A stretch of 63,078 bases of DNA, counting the filler, from Guillardia theta CCMP2712 (Eukaryota; Protista; Cryptophyta): NCBI RefSeq assembly GCF_000315625.1. It is 4 parts of 4 records of this genome, joined end to end, with 100 filler letters (N's around TTAATTAATTAA, not from the genome) between each part and the next. Parts side by side here need not be neighbours in the genome. Positions count along the whole stretch, not along the records: positions 36,614 to 53,004 come from NW_005434330.1; 3 more parts are not named here. One strand, given 5' to 3'. The notes under the pieces were generated by a model. The model was not told the origin of the DNA, did not search any database, and saw only the letters and a list, made by a program, of their open reading frames with translations. Shown here piece after piece: positions 37,581 through 51,204 of the stretch. Each line of letters starts with the position of its first letter. Within the stretch, counting starts at the first letter, position 1. The translations under genes were made by a program, and so were the position numbers.

Positions 37581-39790
37581 CTGTCAAGACTCGAGCAAAC
37601 ACGTTGGATCTCCCTGCTGATAGATGTCACAGCGATACCACTGCGCTCCTGCAGTGCTAGCACTAGGAAGTATTGAGTTCCTGCCTAACTATACTTCCCT
37701 GCTCTGTTCCTGGTTCCAGTGCTACTGACCCACTCTGTATCTCGGCATCAGCATCTCGCACTCTCCATTCACTCTTTCTGCTCCTGCGCATTTCCATCCC
37801 TCTTTTCACACCTCCCTCCTCTCCCTCCCCCCCCTCCTCCTCTCTCTCCCCCCTCCTCCTTCACCCCCTTTCCAGCATTGCCGCCGTCGCCAGCGAAGTG
37901 ACCACCTCCCCACACATACTTGAAATGGGCTTGCGTGGAGATGAGGGTATACTAGAATGAGCGGGCAAGTGGGGAATGAGGGTTCAGTAGTATGAGGGCG
38001 ATGAGTGTGGGATCTCTTTACAGGCCGGCTTAAAGGGGGCGGGGGTGCTAACTGTGGTCTTGTCCTTGTCAAGGGGGGTGGGGTAATCACAATATGGTCA
38101 ACGTGGGGGTGATACGATATATCTTAGGGGGTAGGGGTAGGGGCTCTAAGTGTCAGTCAGAAGGAAAACGGAGGGGTGGGAGGGAGTGAGAGTGGGGAAA
38201 ATGGAGGTGAGTGGAGAAACAGGGGGTAGGGGTGGGTAATGGACAGCCGTCAAAGTCAAGGGTACTGTAAGCGTCATGGTGGGTGGGGGTTGTCACAATA
38301 GTCAGAGTAACAAGATTCAAATTTTCTGGCTAATTTTGAAAGAATAGAGGACAGTGTTTCAAATATTCCATGAATATTTGAATATATTGAAATATCTGTA
38401 CGTACCAACGTATCTCCTGCCACCCCTTCGGCGCGACTCTCCTTGTAATCATTTGACTGGTAGGGGTAGTAACCCCCACCTTGAAATTACAAGCAGTTGC
38501 CGAACATTCCCCAATCTCATCAATGACCCGTTGGAGTCCGCAGGGTTTCGTGGGCATGAAGGGGGTACTTCTACAGACTACCCCCTGAAATAACCTCCTA
38601 GCACCCCTTGCTGCCATCCACCACCCTCCTCAACTTTACAGGACCCCCACGTTTCGTTAATATATATTAAATTAAAAATAGTTTTAAACTTGTTACTGAG
38701 ACCCTACCCACTGTTTTGTCTGAAGAAGGGGGGTGGGGAGCATTTTCGAGCAGGGTGGGGTGGTGGTGTAAAGAGATGGGGTGGTCGGCCCTTTTATTAC
38801 TTGAATATAAAATGAGTAATATCTGAATCTCAATTTTACTATATTGAGTGAAAAGTTTGTACGGACTTCTTGGGGTCTTGCTCGTACCTTGAACACCCCT
38901 CGATCAAGATGCTGATCTTTGATTAGACCACCGGTGTGAAAGGGTACCACCCTGCATTATCCCACGTATTTTTGGATATAATAACCGGTATACTTTAGAT
39001 GGGTTTTGATAGGACCGGTACACTTTGTACCCCCATCATTACCCCACCCCCTTGCAATATCTTGTGTGTCTTCCCGATCATGCATGTGGAACGGCAGGAG
39101 AGGCGGGGGCGGAAAGAGGAGATGGTGGAGGCGAAGATGGAGATGGTGAAGGCGGACGAGGAAGTAGATCAGAAGTAGGGATGAAGGAGGAGGAAGATGT
39201 TGTAGAACAGCATCACAGGGTTGGAAGACGAGTCGAGTATGATTGAAGGTTTCCCCGATACATCTCAATGGATACCTGAGTGGACCAGACATGCTGTTGG
39301 TTGCAGGGGGAGAGCACATGTGCGAAGCAGTAGATACAGAAGCACTGGGAGATGAGATGTGAACAGCGCAGTGGAGACGAAAAAAATTCTTCCTCTTTGG
39401 ACATTTGGACGAATTTCATTATAAGGCAGCAATTGGAGGCTGAAAAGAGGTTGAGAAAGATTGTTGGTGAAGGTGTAGAGAGTTTTAGGAGGCGAGGATA
39501 AAGAGTGCCATGATGTGAAGTGAAGAGCATGAGGTTGATAGGAGAATGTCGTTGAGGAGGGATCTGAGGAGGGGAAGTGAAGTGCCCCTTCCCCTTTATG
39601 TGGTGCTGTAAACTTGCTTGTATGTGAAAAGTTGATTTTGAGGGAGGGGGAGGAGGGAGGGCTCTTGTGCGTGTATGCGGAGCTTTCAAGTCTCGGGTGT
39701 CATGCTTCATCCCTGCCTGTAACTGTGTTTGGCCGTGCATGACGGAGAGTTGTTTCCAGGCGGTCGTCGATTCAGGTTGTGATGATGGAC

Positions 39791-42690
39791 ATGAAGAGGA
39801 TGCAACTGTTTCACGCCTGTGTTCTTGTCTGCGGACTCGTCTTCCTTCTGGGTAAGAGGGCTTACAGTCTCTCCACGTCATCTTCCTCCTCCCTCCCCTC
39901 CTCCTCCTCCTCCTCCTCCTCCTCCTCCATTCACTCACTGACCTCACTCGTGCAGAGCTGCCTTCCTCATGCCTCTCCCACATGCTCCCCATGAACGACG
40001 CCGAGCAGATCCAGTTCGCGCATGCTCAGTACGCGCAGTACGGAGGGTACGGCTACCCCATGGACTACAGGGGGGTCAGGATGCGAGGACCCCCTCCCCC
40101 CATGCGCTATCGCCCCAAGATGAGCGGGTCTCCCTCGCAGGCGCGGGAGTACCGTCCTCGTCCTGAAGAGATCAGGCCGAGGTATGCTGGAGACGTTGAT
40201 AAGGAGATGCCTCCTCTGCCCAGGGGGATGGAGCTGCAGCGAGTGTCGATGCCCCGCGCGGTCGACCTTCAGATCGACACTTCGGTGATGGGCAACGTGG
40301 AGAGCAGGCCGGCGCAGCAGGTGCTTGACGGGACGCTGGCGGATTTCGACTCCTCCATCGTGAGGAAGCGAGTGGACGAGATGTGGAAGCTCAACGTCAG
40401 GTGAGGAGGCGGAGGAGAGTCGGGGAGGAGGGAGAGGGAAAGTGAGAGGGTGGGAGGAGGAGAGGGGCAGGCGGGTTGGAGAGGGAGAGGGCGCAGAGGA
40501 GGGAGTGAAAGGAACGGTAGGAATGTGACGGGGTGTTGCGTACAGGTTCGGAGAGGAGAGGTCTCCCTTCAACGTTCACTTGGATCAAGTGGCCGATCGC
40601 TATGTCCTCACCAAGGGATTCCAGCTCATTCGTGACGAGCTCATGCTCGGTAACCCTTCCCCTTCCCCTTCCTCTTCCTCTTCCTCATCCCCTTTTCTCC
40701 TTCCTTTTCCTTCCTTCCCTCCTCCTTTCGTTCTCCTCCTCCTCTTGCCTTGGCTGATCCACGGGCAGGCTTCAACCGCTACTCTGCCGATCCGATCACC
40801 TCGCAGGCCTGCGCTGCTGACCTCTCTCTGCCTTCCGTCCTTACCACGTGAGTAGAGAAGGAGTGAGGAGGAGGAGGAGGAGTATCTTACTGTGTGATCA
40901 GTTGTGGCTACACCAACTGTGGTGATCGTATCTGCCAGAATGCTGTCAAGGCTTATGCCCAGACTGTGAGCTCCTCTTCCCCTCTCCCCTCCTCCTCCCT
41001 CTCCAGCCCCTCTCCCCTCCTTCTCCTCCCTCTCCAGCCCCTCTCCCCTCCTCGCCCTCCCCCTTGACCTCACCTCCTCTTCTTCCCTTTTCTCCTGCTC
41101 TGCTTCCTTCCTGACCTCTGTCCCTCAGGTTGCCAGCCGCTTCGCGTCCGTCACCGAATATGGTGAGGCCAAGCCCGAAGTCTTCTGCCCGACTGGAGGA
41201 GGAACCGACTCTGGGTAGATCCAAAATCCTCTGAACCCTCTCTTTCCCTTCCCTCCTCCTTCCCTTCCTAGCATTCTGCTCTTCCTCTTCGCTCCCTTCT
41301 TGCACTTCCCTTCCCTTGTCCCACCCACTGCTTCCAGCTCCCCGTCTCCGCTCCATCCTCCATCTCCGTCCTCTGACTCTGCCGCAGCCCCACCCTGGCT
41401 CACGTCACAGTAGCTCACCAGATCGACAAGCCCATCAGAAATCAGATCTACAACGGCAACCCTCATTCCTACGTCCTCGTCAACATCGACATCAACACCC
41501 ACTGTGGACACTACGACTCTGGGGACAAGGTCCTTGCTCTATCCTCCCCTAACCTTGTCCCTCCATTCCTCCTCTTCCATCATTCCTCTTCACTTCTCCC
41601 TTGCTCCGCATCACTCCTCCTCCTCCTCCTCCCTCCCCCCCACCCCTTTCCTTTCTTCTTTTACCCCCGAGCAGGGCAGCAGCTGACCCTCTTGCCAGAT
41701 CACCTTCGGGAAGGCGCAGGAGTCGAAGTTCCGTGACGCTCGCGCTGCCTGCGGGGCCATCGTAGGAACTCTGACCGGCTACAACCCGAACAACGGGGTG
41801 CACGTGAGGCTGAGGGCTGACCTGGGGGAGGAGAACTTCGAGTTCCTCTCCAATAACAGTGAGTCCTCCTCCTCCTCGTCTCCTCATCTCCTCCTCCTCC
41901 TCCTCCTCCTCCTCCTCCTCCTCCTCGCTCTTCTCTCCTCCCTCCTTGTCTTGCTCCTCCTCTTGCTCACTTCATCACAGAGATTCTCGCTGACGACGGC
42001 TCTGACGTCACTTTCCTCGTTGCCGCCGCCATCGTGTCCGTCCAGGGCATGAGAAACACCCTCAGGGTGAGTCTCCTCCTCTTGCTCGTGCTCTTCCTCC
42101 CTCCCCTCCCCTGTTGCTCTTGCTCCTCCTCCTCCTCTGCTGCTGCTGCTCTTGCTCTTGCTCGTGTTCCTCCGTGCTCTTCCCTCCTCCTTGTCCCCTC
42201 CTCCTCTCTCCTCCCTTCCTCCTCCTCCTCACCATTTCCGCAGGCTCTTGCTGAGAACGAGCTGGACGAGCGTGGACTTGGTCACGTGACCGCCTGCGTC
42301 AACGTGAACAACGCGGGACCGGATGAGTGCCTCGTCTACTGCGCGCGTGGAACGGTGAGAGGAGGAGGAGAGAGAGTTGGGGGGTGGGGGGGAGGAGGAG
42401 GGCAGGAAGGAAAGGATAGTTCTAGAGGAGGAGGAGGACTGATCAGCGGTGCTTGTAGGTGTTCGACGGAAAGATCAAGGAGCAAGGGCTGGGCACAGAC
42501 GCGACCAAGTACACTGCGAGAACGTACGTGGGAGCGGATGGAAAGAAGAAGGTGAAGCTCTTGTACGGAAATGTGAGCGTCGAGGTAAGACGAGGAGGAG
42601 GAGAAGAGTGAGGAGAAGAGTCTGACTGGAGAGCAGGTGGAGGAGTTCATGATTTCTACCAGGACGTACAACGTCAACAAGGCGTCTTAA
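39791..42690 (+). CDS. Signal-peptide protein with LCIB/theta-carbonic-anhydrase-like Cys/His/Cys motifs, multi-exon
   Basis: N-terminal MQLFHACVLVCGLVFLLG. Spliced motifs TNCGDRI, NTHCG..FGK and AACGAIVG. Stop at 42688-42690. Confidence 0.5.
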
Positions 42691-43356
42691 GTGTGTAGAT
42701 TGAATCTTTTGTGAGTGAAAACGTCAATGTGACTTGCCTAGCCTCTTTGTCGTCCTTCTCCCCTTACTGCATCCTACTCCTGCTGCCCCGTCAACACTCT
42801 TACCATTCTCTCTTCTGTACCATCACCACCACCCACAACATCATCCCTGCTCCACCCACTCCTCGTCCTCGATCCACATCGTCAACATCATCTGCTTTTA
42901 TCCTCAAACATTCACTCCTGCCTTCTCTAACGCGACCGTTCCCGCGTCCTTCCTGGGCGCTTGACCTCGGTCGAAGTTTCTGTTGAAGGTACCTGAAGTC
43001 ACGTCAACTCCGCATCCTCCAACTCGCTCCATCTCTCCTCTCTTCCTCCCCACCACCACCAGCTCCCTTCCTTCTCATATCCCTCTCTTTCCCATCTCCA
43101 TCCCCCCGCTTTCGATCTTCATCCACGATTCCTTTCCTTTCCTTTCCTCTCCCACTCTCCACTTCTCTTCCCCCCCCCCCCCCCCCTTCATCATCGTTAT
43201 CATCTTCTTACCGCCGAAGAGATGTTTCTCCTCCTCAACTTGCGCGTTTCCTTTGTTGGCGTTGAACCTTGCCTGCAAAATCCCTCAGTCACAAACCGCG
43301 AAACCAAGCGCGAAACAAGTTGAAGAGGAATGGAGTAAAGGGAGTACGGCAACAGG

Positions 43357-43358
43357 GG

Positions 43359-43397
<39 letters not shown>

Positions 43398-43432
43398 GGC
43401 AGGGGCAGGAGCAGGAGCAGGGGCAGGGGCAC

Positions 43433-43472
<40 letters not shown>
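43357..43472. repeat. (GAGCAG)/(GGGCAG) hexamer array
   Basis: Seen directly. Confidence 0.9.
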
Positions 43473-43474
<2 letters not shown>

Positions 43475-43479
43475 AGAGT

Positions 43480-46021
43480 TCACCTGGCGCACGGCAGCTT
43501 CAGGCGTCAGTCGGTTCTTCTTGCCATCCGACTCGGGGTCGAGCTCGAAGACTCTGCGACCGTTGATAGGGTCAACACCTGCCGTGCTTGTCAGCTCCGT
43601 CCGGTCCCACCTCACCCGCCAGCAGCCCTTCCAGCAGCCCTCAAAGTGCCTGTCCAGCTGCTGCTCACCTGCATCACCAGCTCTGCCGAAGCCGTAGGAG
43701 GGAGTCGAAGCTGCTGAAATGGAGTTGACAACGTAGCCCATCGCCAGCGGGGTCTGCTCCTCCTCCTCGGCGTCCTTAGCCTCCTCGTTGGCCTCCTGCC
43801 CTTTGCCTCCCTGCGCAAACGAGAAAGAAAACACAAAACACGTTCACTGCCATCGGTCAACACACGCATCCTCTCTTCAAAGTTGTTTATTACAACCCTC
43901 GATAAACCAGACACAAGACGAGGAAGTCAAGACAGAGCACAAGTCCAACAGAGACATCTGGGGAGGAGGAGATGATGATACAATCATGCTAAGGAGGAGG
44001 AGGGGGGCAAGGAACTTCAGACATTCACACCAGCCCTCCTCAGAGCCTGGGCTCCCCGATCCTTGGAGGGGCTACGAACCTGGGCAGCAAGACTCTGAAT
44101 TCCTCGAGACTTCTTCCAGGACTCTCCCCAGCTGCAACCGAAATGTCAGATCTTGACACATCTCCAGTAGCTACTCAGCACTGCAGAGGGCAAGAGCATC
44201 GCAGCAGGTAGGGGAGTGAAGAGCAGCAGAGGAAGAGAACAGGGGAGAAGAGGTGGCGGGTCGATGGAAGATACCGGTCTGACAGGAATCTCTCCCTCCC
44301 TCCCTCCCTCCCACTCTATCACACACACACACACACCTGTTGAAGAAAGAGTTCTTGGGGCCGTCGTTCTGCATCGAGTTCCTGAAAGCCTCGTCGATGC
44401 GCAACTTGTTCTGGTAGTTGCGGTAGTCGTCGTATGCCTGTTCGTTCTTGTCAGCCCTCACGCTCCATGGAAGTTCTGCCAAGAAGAACAAAGAAACTCA
44501 CATTAGCCAGCTTGGACCCTGAAGCAACTTTCATCCTCTGCGCGTTCTGGAACAAGGCTGGAGGACGGCAGTGAGATATCGGTACGTGGGGAACATGGGC
44601 GAGGACAGAGACAGAACAAAGGGGGAGGGAAAGAGAGGAGGAGAGGGGAAGAGAAGGAGGAGAGGGGAGGAGAGGGAGGAGCACAAGGAGGAGTAGAGGG
44701 GGGGGGGAGAATGAGGAGATTATCAGGAAAGAGGAAGGGACGTTCGGATACCTCTGTTCTTGTCAAGCTTGTGCTTCGAGTACATGTAGGGCGCGACATT
44801 CTCAGACTGCAGCCCACCATGTCAGCGGGAGAGTCTAGAGCTCCAGCGTCCCGGTCACCGGAAGATGGACGTCGCCGAGATCTTCGGCCTTGGTAGCCGG
44901 CAAGTCCATCACGTTGTCGCCGAGGTTGTTGCCCGACAGGAGCGCCTTGCGCGGCGACTGAAGGGACGAGGCCTTGCCCTTGTAACCGTAGTAGCTTCCG
45001 TAGTCGTTGTAGTTGTTGTAGTAGGGAGGATAGATGCTGTACGCGATGTTGTAGATCTCGTCCTCGTTCCTCTCCGCCTGATCCTCGATAGCCTGGAGGG
45101 ATCGGACATCAGGGGAACGAGAAGGAGCAAGGGATCGAAACTCACATCAACTTTGCTGTTCAGAGCATTGAACTCGTGCTCGCCCACCGACTGACCGCAA
45201 TCTTCATCCTCGAAGACGATGCCACACTGAGCAAGCACTTCACAATCGGCATATCAGACTTGCTCCTTGCCCACCTTCCCGCTGAGGGTTCCCTGCCACT
45301 GACGCCACGCCTGCTCGGCCTGGGGCTCCGCATACTGCGGAATGGTGAAAAGAGGGAGGCACACGCATCATCTCCAACCTGGTAGGCTTGCATGACAGTC
45401 TCGAAGCAGCATCCCATAGACCTCGTCCAGTCCTGCATCTTGCCTGCAATGCAACAAAGTTACAATGTCGATCATCAGCTGTCGGACGTCAATCACCAGC
45501 GCACACGTAGGAGCAGGTGGAGAGCTCATGGATGTTCCCGCACGACTTGATCAGCGGGTCAGCCCCCAAATTTCTCACGCCTCCAACCATGTCACCTTGG
45601 TGATGTCGTCGGAGAAGGCCTGCATGTCAACCGACTTGGCGCAACGACCGTAAGTTGGGTTGAGAGCTTGATACTCCTTGAGCTGTGAAAGAACTCAGAG
45701 CACATTCCCAGCAAACGTGTCAATATGTAATCAGCGAGATGAGAAACATCAACACGAATGCTCGCAAGAGCTGCTAGGTACCTTGTCCTGTGGGGAGCTC
45801 TGCGCAATACCCAGTCAAACAGCGAGCTTGGAAGGAACAAGAACATCATTCACCTCAGCTGCCGCCAGCATTGCACCATAGCCTCTACGTTGGAGAGTAG
45901 AGATCTTTCTGTAGTCAGATACCAACACAATGGTAACTGCAATTAGCGTGGTAGCCAGCAGCAGCCCTATGAAGCAAAGTGAGAAGAGACGGATAGCTAA
46001 GTGGCTACCAGTGGAGGTCAC
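43480..46021 (-). CDS. Hypothetical Cys-containing membrane-anchored or secreted protein, multi-exon
   Basis: N-terminal hydrophobic stretch, then exons such as QDWTRSMGCCFETVMQAYQ, AQCGIVFEDEDCGQ and ELPWSVRADKNEQAYDDY separated by GT-AG introns. May be two genes. Confidence 0.5.
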
Positions 46022-47418
46022 ATCCGACAGACTTGTACACTTTCCACCTCCTCATTTTTTAACTCTCCTTCCTACACCTCTCCCTTGCCAATGCACTACC
46101 TCAAGACCTCGCCACCTGCCCCTTCCCTTGCTCGTCCCCTCGCCATTTTTCCTGACCCTCCTGGTGATTTGCACCTCATACCCCTGATCAAGTCTGCCTG
46201 TTCAAGCCCTCTTGCTCTCTGCCTCACTTCCACCCTCCTCCTCATGCCATCCGCTCTCCTCCATTCTCTTCTTACCGGTCACAGCCGCCGCAGCAACCGC
46301 CTGTCTGGCCATCGCGCCTCTTCGCTACCTGCTGTATGAGGGCCTGCACTCACTACCCCTCCAAATAGCTTCAAATTGTACCCACCCTTTCAGTACTACC
46401 CCCCAGACTACCTACCCCATAATACCTATTCTGAACAACCCGTAGTCAGAGCTGAGTTGATTACGACAGTGCGGGCCCGGGCCCGGGCCCGGCTGGCCGG
46501 TCGGCCAGTCATAATTCACTCGGAACTTCCGGGACTTCCCTTCCCCCACCCCCCCTTTCCCCCGCATAAGTACCCCTCTTTCGTCTAGGAGATGGAACCC
46601 TCTGAATTGATTTTTGTACCCTACCCTATGTTGCGACCGTTCAGACCCCCACTTTCCCCCGAGACCCACCTTCTGTACTACCACCCCCCTGGGTCGCGAC
46701 CTTCTATAGAACCTCAATAAAAGAACTGTTGATTGTATTGCAATTCCGGGATGATGAAGATAGAATATTGATATCTTTGAAACATTTGGGAAAAATTCTA
46801 TTGGGAAATTGTAGTTTTTTTATTGAATGTAATAGAATAGGACACGACCCTTCCTTTTTCCAATTGCGCCCTGCAAATGTGCGGGAAGCAAGTTTCTTCA
46901 TGGGGTTACCCTCATCCAAAGTTTGGAGCAGAAATACATAATTTGAAATTAAATGTCACAATTGATGAAATATTTATTTTATAATATCAAAATAAAAAAC
47001 AAAATTTAGAGGACATAATCTGAACTTTGCAGGTATGTCCGCTGCTGAACAGGCAAACCGGTAATTTCGCACTGAGATGTCGGAGTCAGACGGGAATGCG
47101 CTGTCATGCATGGCAGCAAGGATGGAAGGAAGGGGGTGGAGGAGGAGTGAGGTGTGGCAGGGAGGGAGGAGAAGATGTAGAAGTGGCGATATCATGCAGT
47201 TCAGCAGGGTAGCTGTCGGAGACAATCCATCCTCTTCATGCCGTTCATGGAGTTGATTGGACCGAGCGAGTGGCAGATTTTGTCCTCTGGGGGAGAAAAC
47301 GTTGCCTGAAGGATTTTCGGAGGGCAATGCTAGCTTCGAAACATGCATCGAACAGCTGTTTTAATTGAAAAGGAAGGAATGCACTAACTTTGAGTCGCAG
47401 TAAACCTTTGCTCGCATC

Positions 47419-49487
47419 ATGGACTGCTTTGGTTGTTGCCCGAAAGAACTTCAAGCTGAAGCTGAAAAAGTCGCCACGAATGAGGCGCAGAATGCGGTTT
47501 CCAACGCCACGAGAGCAGCTCCAAACATGCAGAATACAATGGGGGCAGGAGGAGGGAACTCCGCTCTCTCGCAGGCGCTGAATGCAGTAGGCGGGATGCA
47601 GGGTCTTATGGGAATGGTCCAGTCCTTGGCTTCTGGGTAACTGCTCTTGTATCCTGTCGGCCCACCATGCTGACCCCTGCCGGCTGCCTGCCATGGCAGG
47701 CAAACGCCGAGCCTTCCCAGCACGAGCAACGCCACAGACTTCAAGCAGAAGGCAGCTCAGGCACTCCCTGCCGAGGTTCACATGTTCAGCGGATGCAGGT
47801 GAGGTGGGAGGAGGAGATGGGAGCAGGGCCGACGAGCGTTGCAGGGACGAGCAGACGAGTGCGGACGTCTACGACACGAGCTCCTTCGGTCTCCCTGCGG
47901 ACTCTGGTCCTGGAGGAGCAGGAGGAGCCTGCACGAACTCCATCATGCTTGCCCTCTGTGAGACGTTCACATCGCTCTCCCGGGATCCTTGAAGCTGATG
48001 ATGCTTTGTTGGACAGCGGAGAACCCCAACCCAACCTGGATTGACCTGCTGAACCGCATGCGAACCATCTTGAAGGAGAAGGGCTTCACCCAGGTCCTGC
48101 CCCCTCGTCCAGTCTCTTCTCTCCATCCATCCGTCCCCTCCCTCCCTCCCCTCCCTCCCTCCTCGTTCTCGTTCCTCCTCGCTCTCGTCCCACCTCGCTC
48201 TCGTTCCTCCTCGCTCTCGTTCCTCCTCGTTCTCCTCCCTCCTTGAACCTCCTCCTTCCCCTATCCTTCCACGTCCTTCCCTTTGCTCCAGATCCTGTCC
48301 TGATTGTTCCCGTTCCTACAGGTCCCTCAGCTGTCCTCGAGCAAGGAGATCTCCCTCGACGGGAATTTCCAACTTGCAGCAGCGTCTTCTTCTACCAAGG
48401 TTCACTCTTGTGTGCGACGTGTGGCTGCTGATGGTGTGCGATGGGAACAGGCGTTGCTCATCGGCATCAACTACGTCGGCCAGAAGGGAGAGCTGGTGAC
48501 GACGCTGACGCTGCCCATGCTCGTCGACCTTAGTGACTGTGTTCCAGAGGGGCTGCCACAACGATGTACTGCAGATGAAGGATTACATCCTCAAGAACGG
48601 CTACGACCCGGTTGGAGGAGGCTGGCAGCCGTTGCGGTCACAGTTGACGCGTCCCGTTCCTGCGCAGGCATCTATGCGCGTCCTCATGGACGACGGGTCG
48701 AACATGAACCCTACTCGCGCCAACATCCTCGACAGCATCAAGTCATTGAGAAACCAGTCGTGCAAGATCAGCTCCGCCTGACCCTGGTCGCCTCCAGGTG
48801 GCTGGTTAAAGATGCCAAGAGCGGGGACTGCCTCTTCATGCATTACTCGGGCCATGGCGGGTCGATGAAGGACGACAACGGGGACGAAGCAGATGGTATG
48901 GACGAGACGATGGTGCCTGTGGACTACACCAGGTACACCTTGGTTCCTCCGACAAGCCAGATCATGAGTTGGACGCAGTACTGGGCAGATTCGAGACGAC
49001 ATCATCTTCCAGGAGCTCGTCGCTCCCCTGCCGCAGGGTTGTAGCAGAGGCAATGCTTCTGCTCGCAAGGTGTGACTGCGCCCTGCAGGAGTCAAGCTCA
49101 CCGTCATCATGGACTGCTGTCATTCTGGCACCATCCTCGACCTTCCCTTCAGCTTCACGGCGAACGACCAGAACACGCAGAACGTAAGCTCTTGTTCCCT
49201 CCCTCCTCCAGCTGCTCACGCTTCCACTCAGTACACGAGCGGCATGACTTTGCCGATGAACGGGAAGTAAGAAGCAGCATCGTGTCGACGATTGTTTTTG
49301 ATCAGACTGACCGTGCCTTTGTAGCTTCAACTGGAAAAAGATCTTCGATATCGGCATGAGTATGCTCAAGAAGTATGGGATGGGAGGAGCGATGGGAGGA
49401 GCGGTGAGTCTTCTTCTTCCCTCAAAGTCTTTCGCTCCCTTGAAATTTCGATGTCCGCAGCAGAGTGGCATGTCTGCAAACGTGTAA
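47419..49487 (+). CDS. Type III metacaspase (p10 domain N-terminal to p20)
   Basis: p10 motifs ([26 protein letters not shown]) precede p20 motifs ([33 protein letters not shown]). Confidence 0.93.
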
Positions 49488-49639
49488 GGAGGAGAGAGGA
49501 GTCCTTGAGTGACGTTGAGCTCAACGTCACGCGCTTGTTTGTTGTTTGTGATGAAAAAGCTGTTGATGTGTTGACCTCGGAACTCAATGATTGTCACTCA
49601 AGACAAATTCCACTCACTGATTGACATCATTGGACCGTA

Positions 49640-49880
49640 TCTTAGTGACTGTCCGCGTCCGCGTGACTAAGCTGAGTCTCAGTGCATGCCGTGACGGGCA
49701 GGATATTTCACCATCATATGCTCAGTGACCCCACTGATAGTTCAATGTAGCCATCATCAGGCTCAGGCAGCCTGATCTAGTTCAACTGAGTAGTCACTGT
49801 GTGACTCAGTCACCGGGCCCGAGGCACTGAGCTCAGTGATTCGCCGAGGTCGCCGGGTGATTCCCGATTCCCGGTGAGGT
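49640..49880. promoter_or_regulatory. Cluster of TGACTCA/CTGAG/CTCAG-like motifs upstream of the next gene
   Basis: gtgactcagtcac, cactgagctcagtg, gctgagtctcagt and gctcagtgac within about 240 bp. Confidence 0.3.
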
Positions 49881-49906
49881 CTGGTTTACCTTTAGGGCCG
49901 GTCGGG

Positions 49907-51073
49907 ATGGCGACGGAGCGACTGGCGGCGGCGATGAAGCAGTTCACGGGGGGGGAGGTGCGAGGGAAGTTCGGAGGAGGGCGAGGACAGAGCTGGAGAA
50001 GAGGAAGAAGCCGTGCAGGGGAGGAGCAGGGGAGAGTAGGGCTCGAGGACCAGGAGAAGCTGAGGGGGAGGAGGGAGGAGGATGTGAATGGAAGAATGTT
50101 GCGTCATGGCAGCCGGTACCGATCAGCGAGCTTGATGAAATCTCTCTTGTTCCTCCTCGAGAGGTTCTCGGATCCTGCAGACTGTGAGCGGTGACCACCA
50201 AGGGGAAGGGAGGGACGAAGGAGGTGATCTCATCTCGCAGGTTGACGAGCCTTTTCAGCAAGTGGGTGATTGCAGGCAGACGACGACTGGTCGTAAACTT
50301 CCTTGTCAAGTCGTGAGGTTGGGACTGACACGATCGCCGCAGATAGGAAGTGCATGCAGAGCCTGGAGGGAGGGAACGAGGATATGCCGACTGGAAGCGA
50401 GGCGGGCGGCGAGGATAGTGAGTATGACATGTGTACGGGCTGGACTGACTAGAACGCCGCAGAAGGAAGAGAGTTTGTGGTGGTGGAGGGCGAGGCATGA
50501 TTGGAGGAGAAAGTACGAGGACTTTGCGAAGAAGACAGCGAGCACAAGGAAGGCTCGTGTTGTCGAGGAATGGTTGTCGCTCGTACCTGAAAAGTGCTGG
50601 CACCAAGGAAAGCAGGTGAAGAGCCTGTGAGATGTTGCAGGTGCAAGGAATCTGAACACCAGGACCTGCTGCAGGCAGAGACGGAGAAGTTGCAAAGGAT
50701 GTTTGACGAGCGACTGGACTCTTGCTCGTTATCCTTAGCAGTGCTCGAAGTCTTGATGGAGAGGCAAGCGGGCGGGAGTAAGAGCACGTCAGACGCGCTG
50801 GAGGCCTTGAGGAGGGAGAACCACCAGCTGAGAACGAGATGCGAGGCTCGTTCCTCCTCCCCGATGCCTCTGACTGTGTTGACTTGGAGCACAGAAACTG
50901 GAAGCGAGAGAAGAAGAGATGCTCAGGGAACTGTCTCGATGCAAGCACAAGGCGTTCTGGTTGGAGGAGAAGGTGTTTGTTCACTGCTCCTTCAAGTTTT
51001 CAAACTTTTATCGTCTCTCCAGATTCTTCAGATGGATGGGATCGCAAGGGACAACAACGACATCTCTGTATAG
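49907..51073 (+). CDS. Hypothetical coiled-coil protein, multi-exon
   Basis: Exons such as CKESEHQDLLQAETEKLQRMFDERL..LEALRRENHQLR with short introns. Confidence 0.5.
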
Positions 51074-51204
51074 CTCGCCACCCTGCTCTGCTCACAGTCC
51101 ACGAACCCGCTCCGCCCTCTTAGTCTCAGTAGAGGTCCAAGTCTTGGCTGCTGCGCAATATCCGTTCCTCCACTACCTTAGCTTTCGTCGGCTGTGAAAC
51201 TCCG

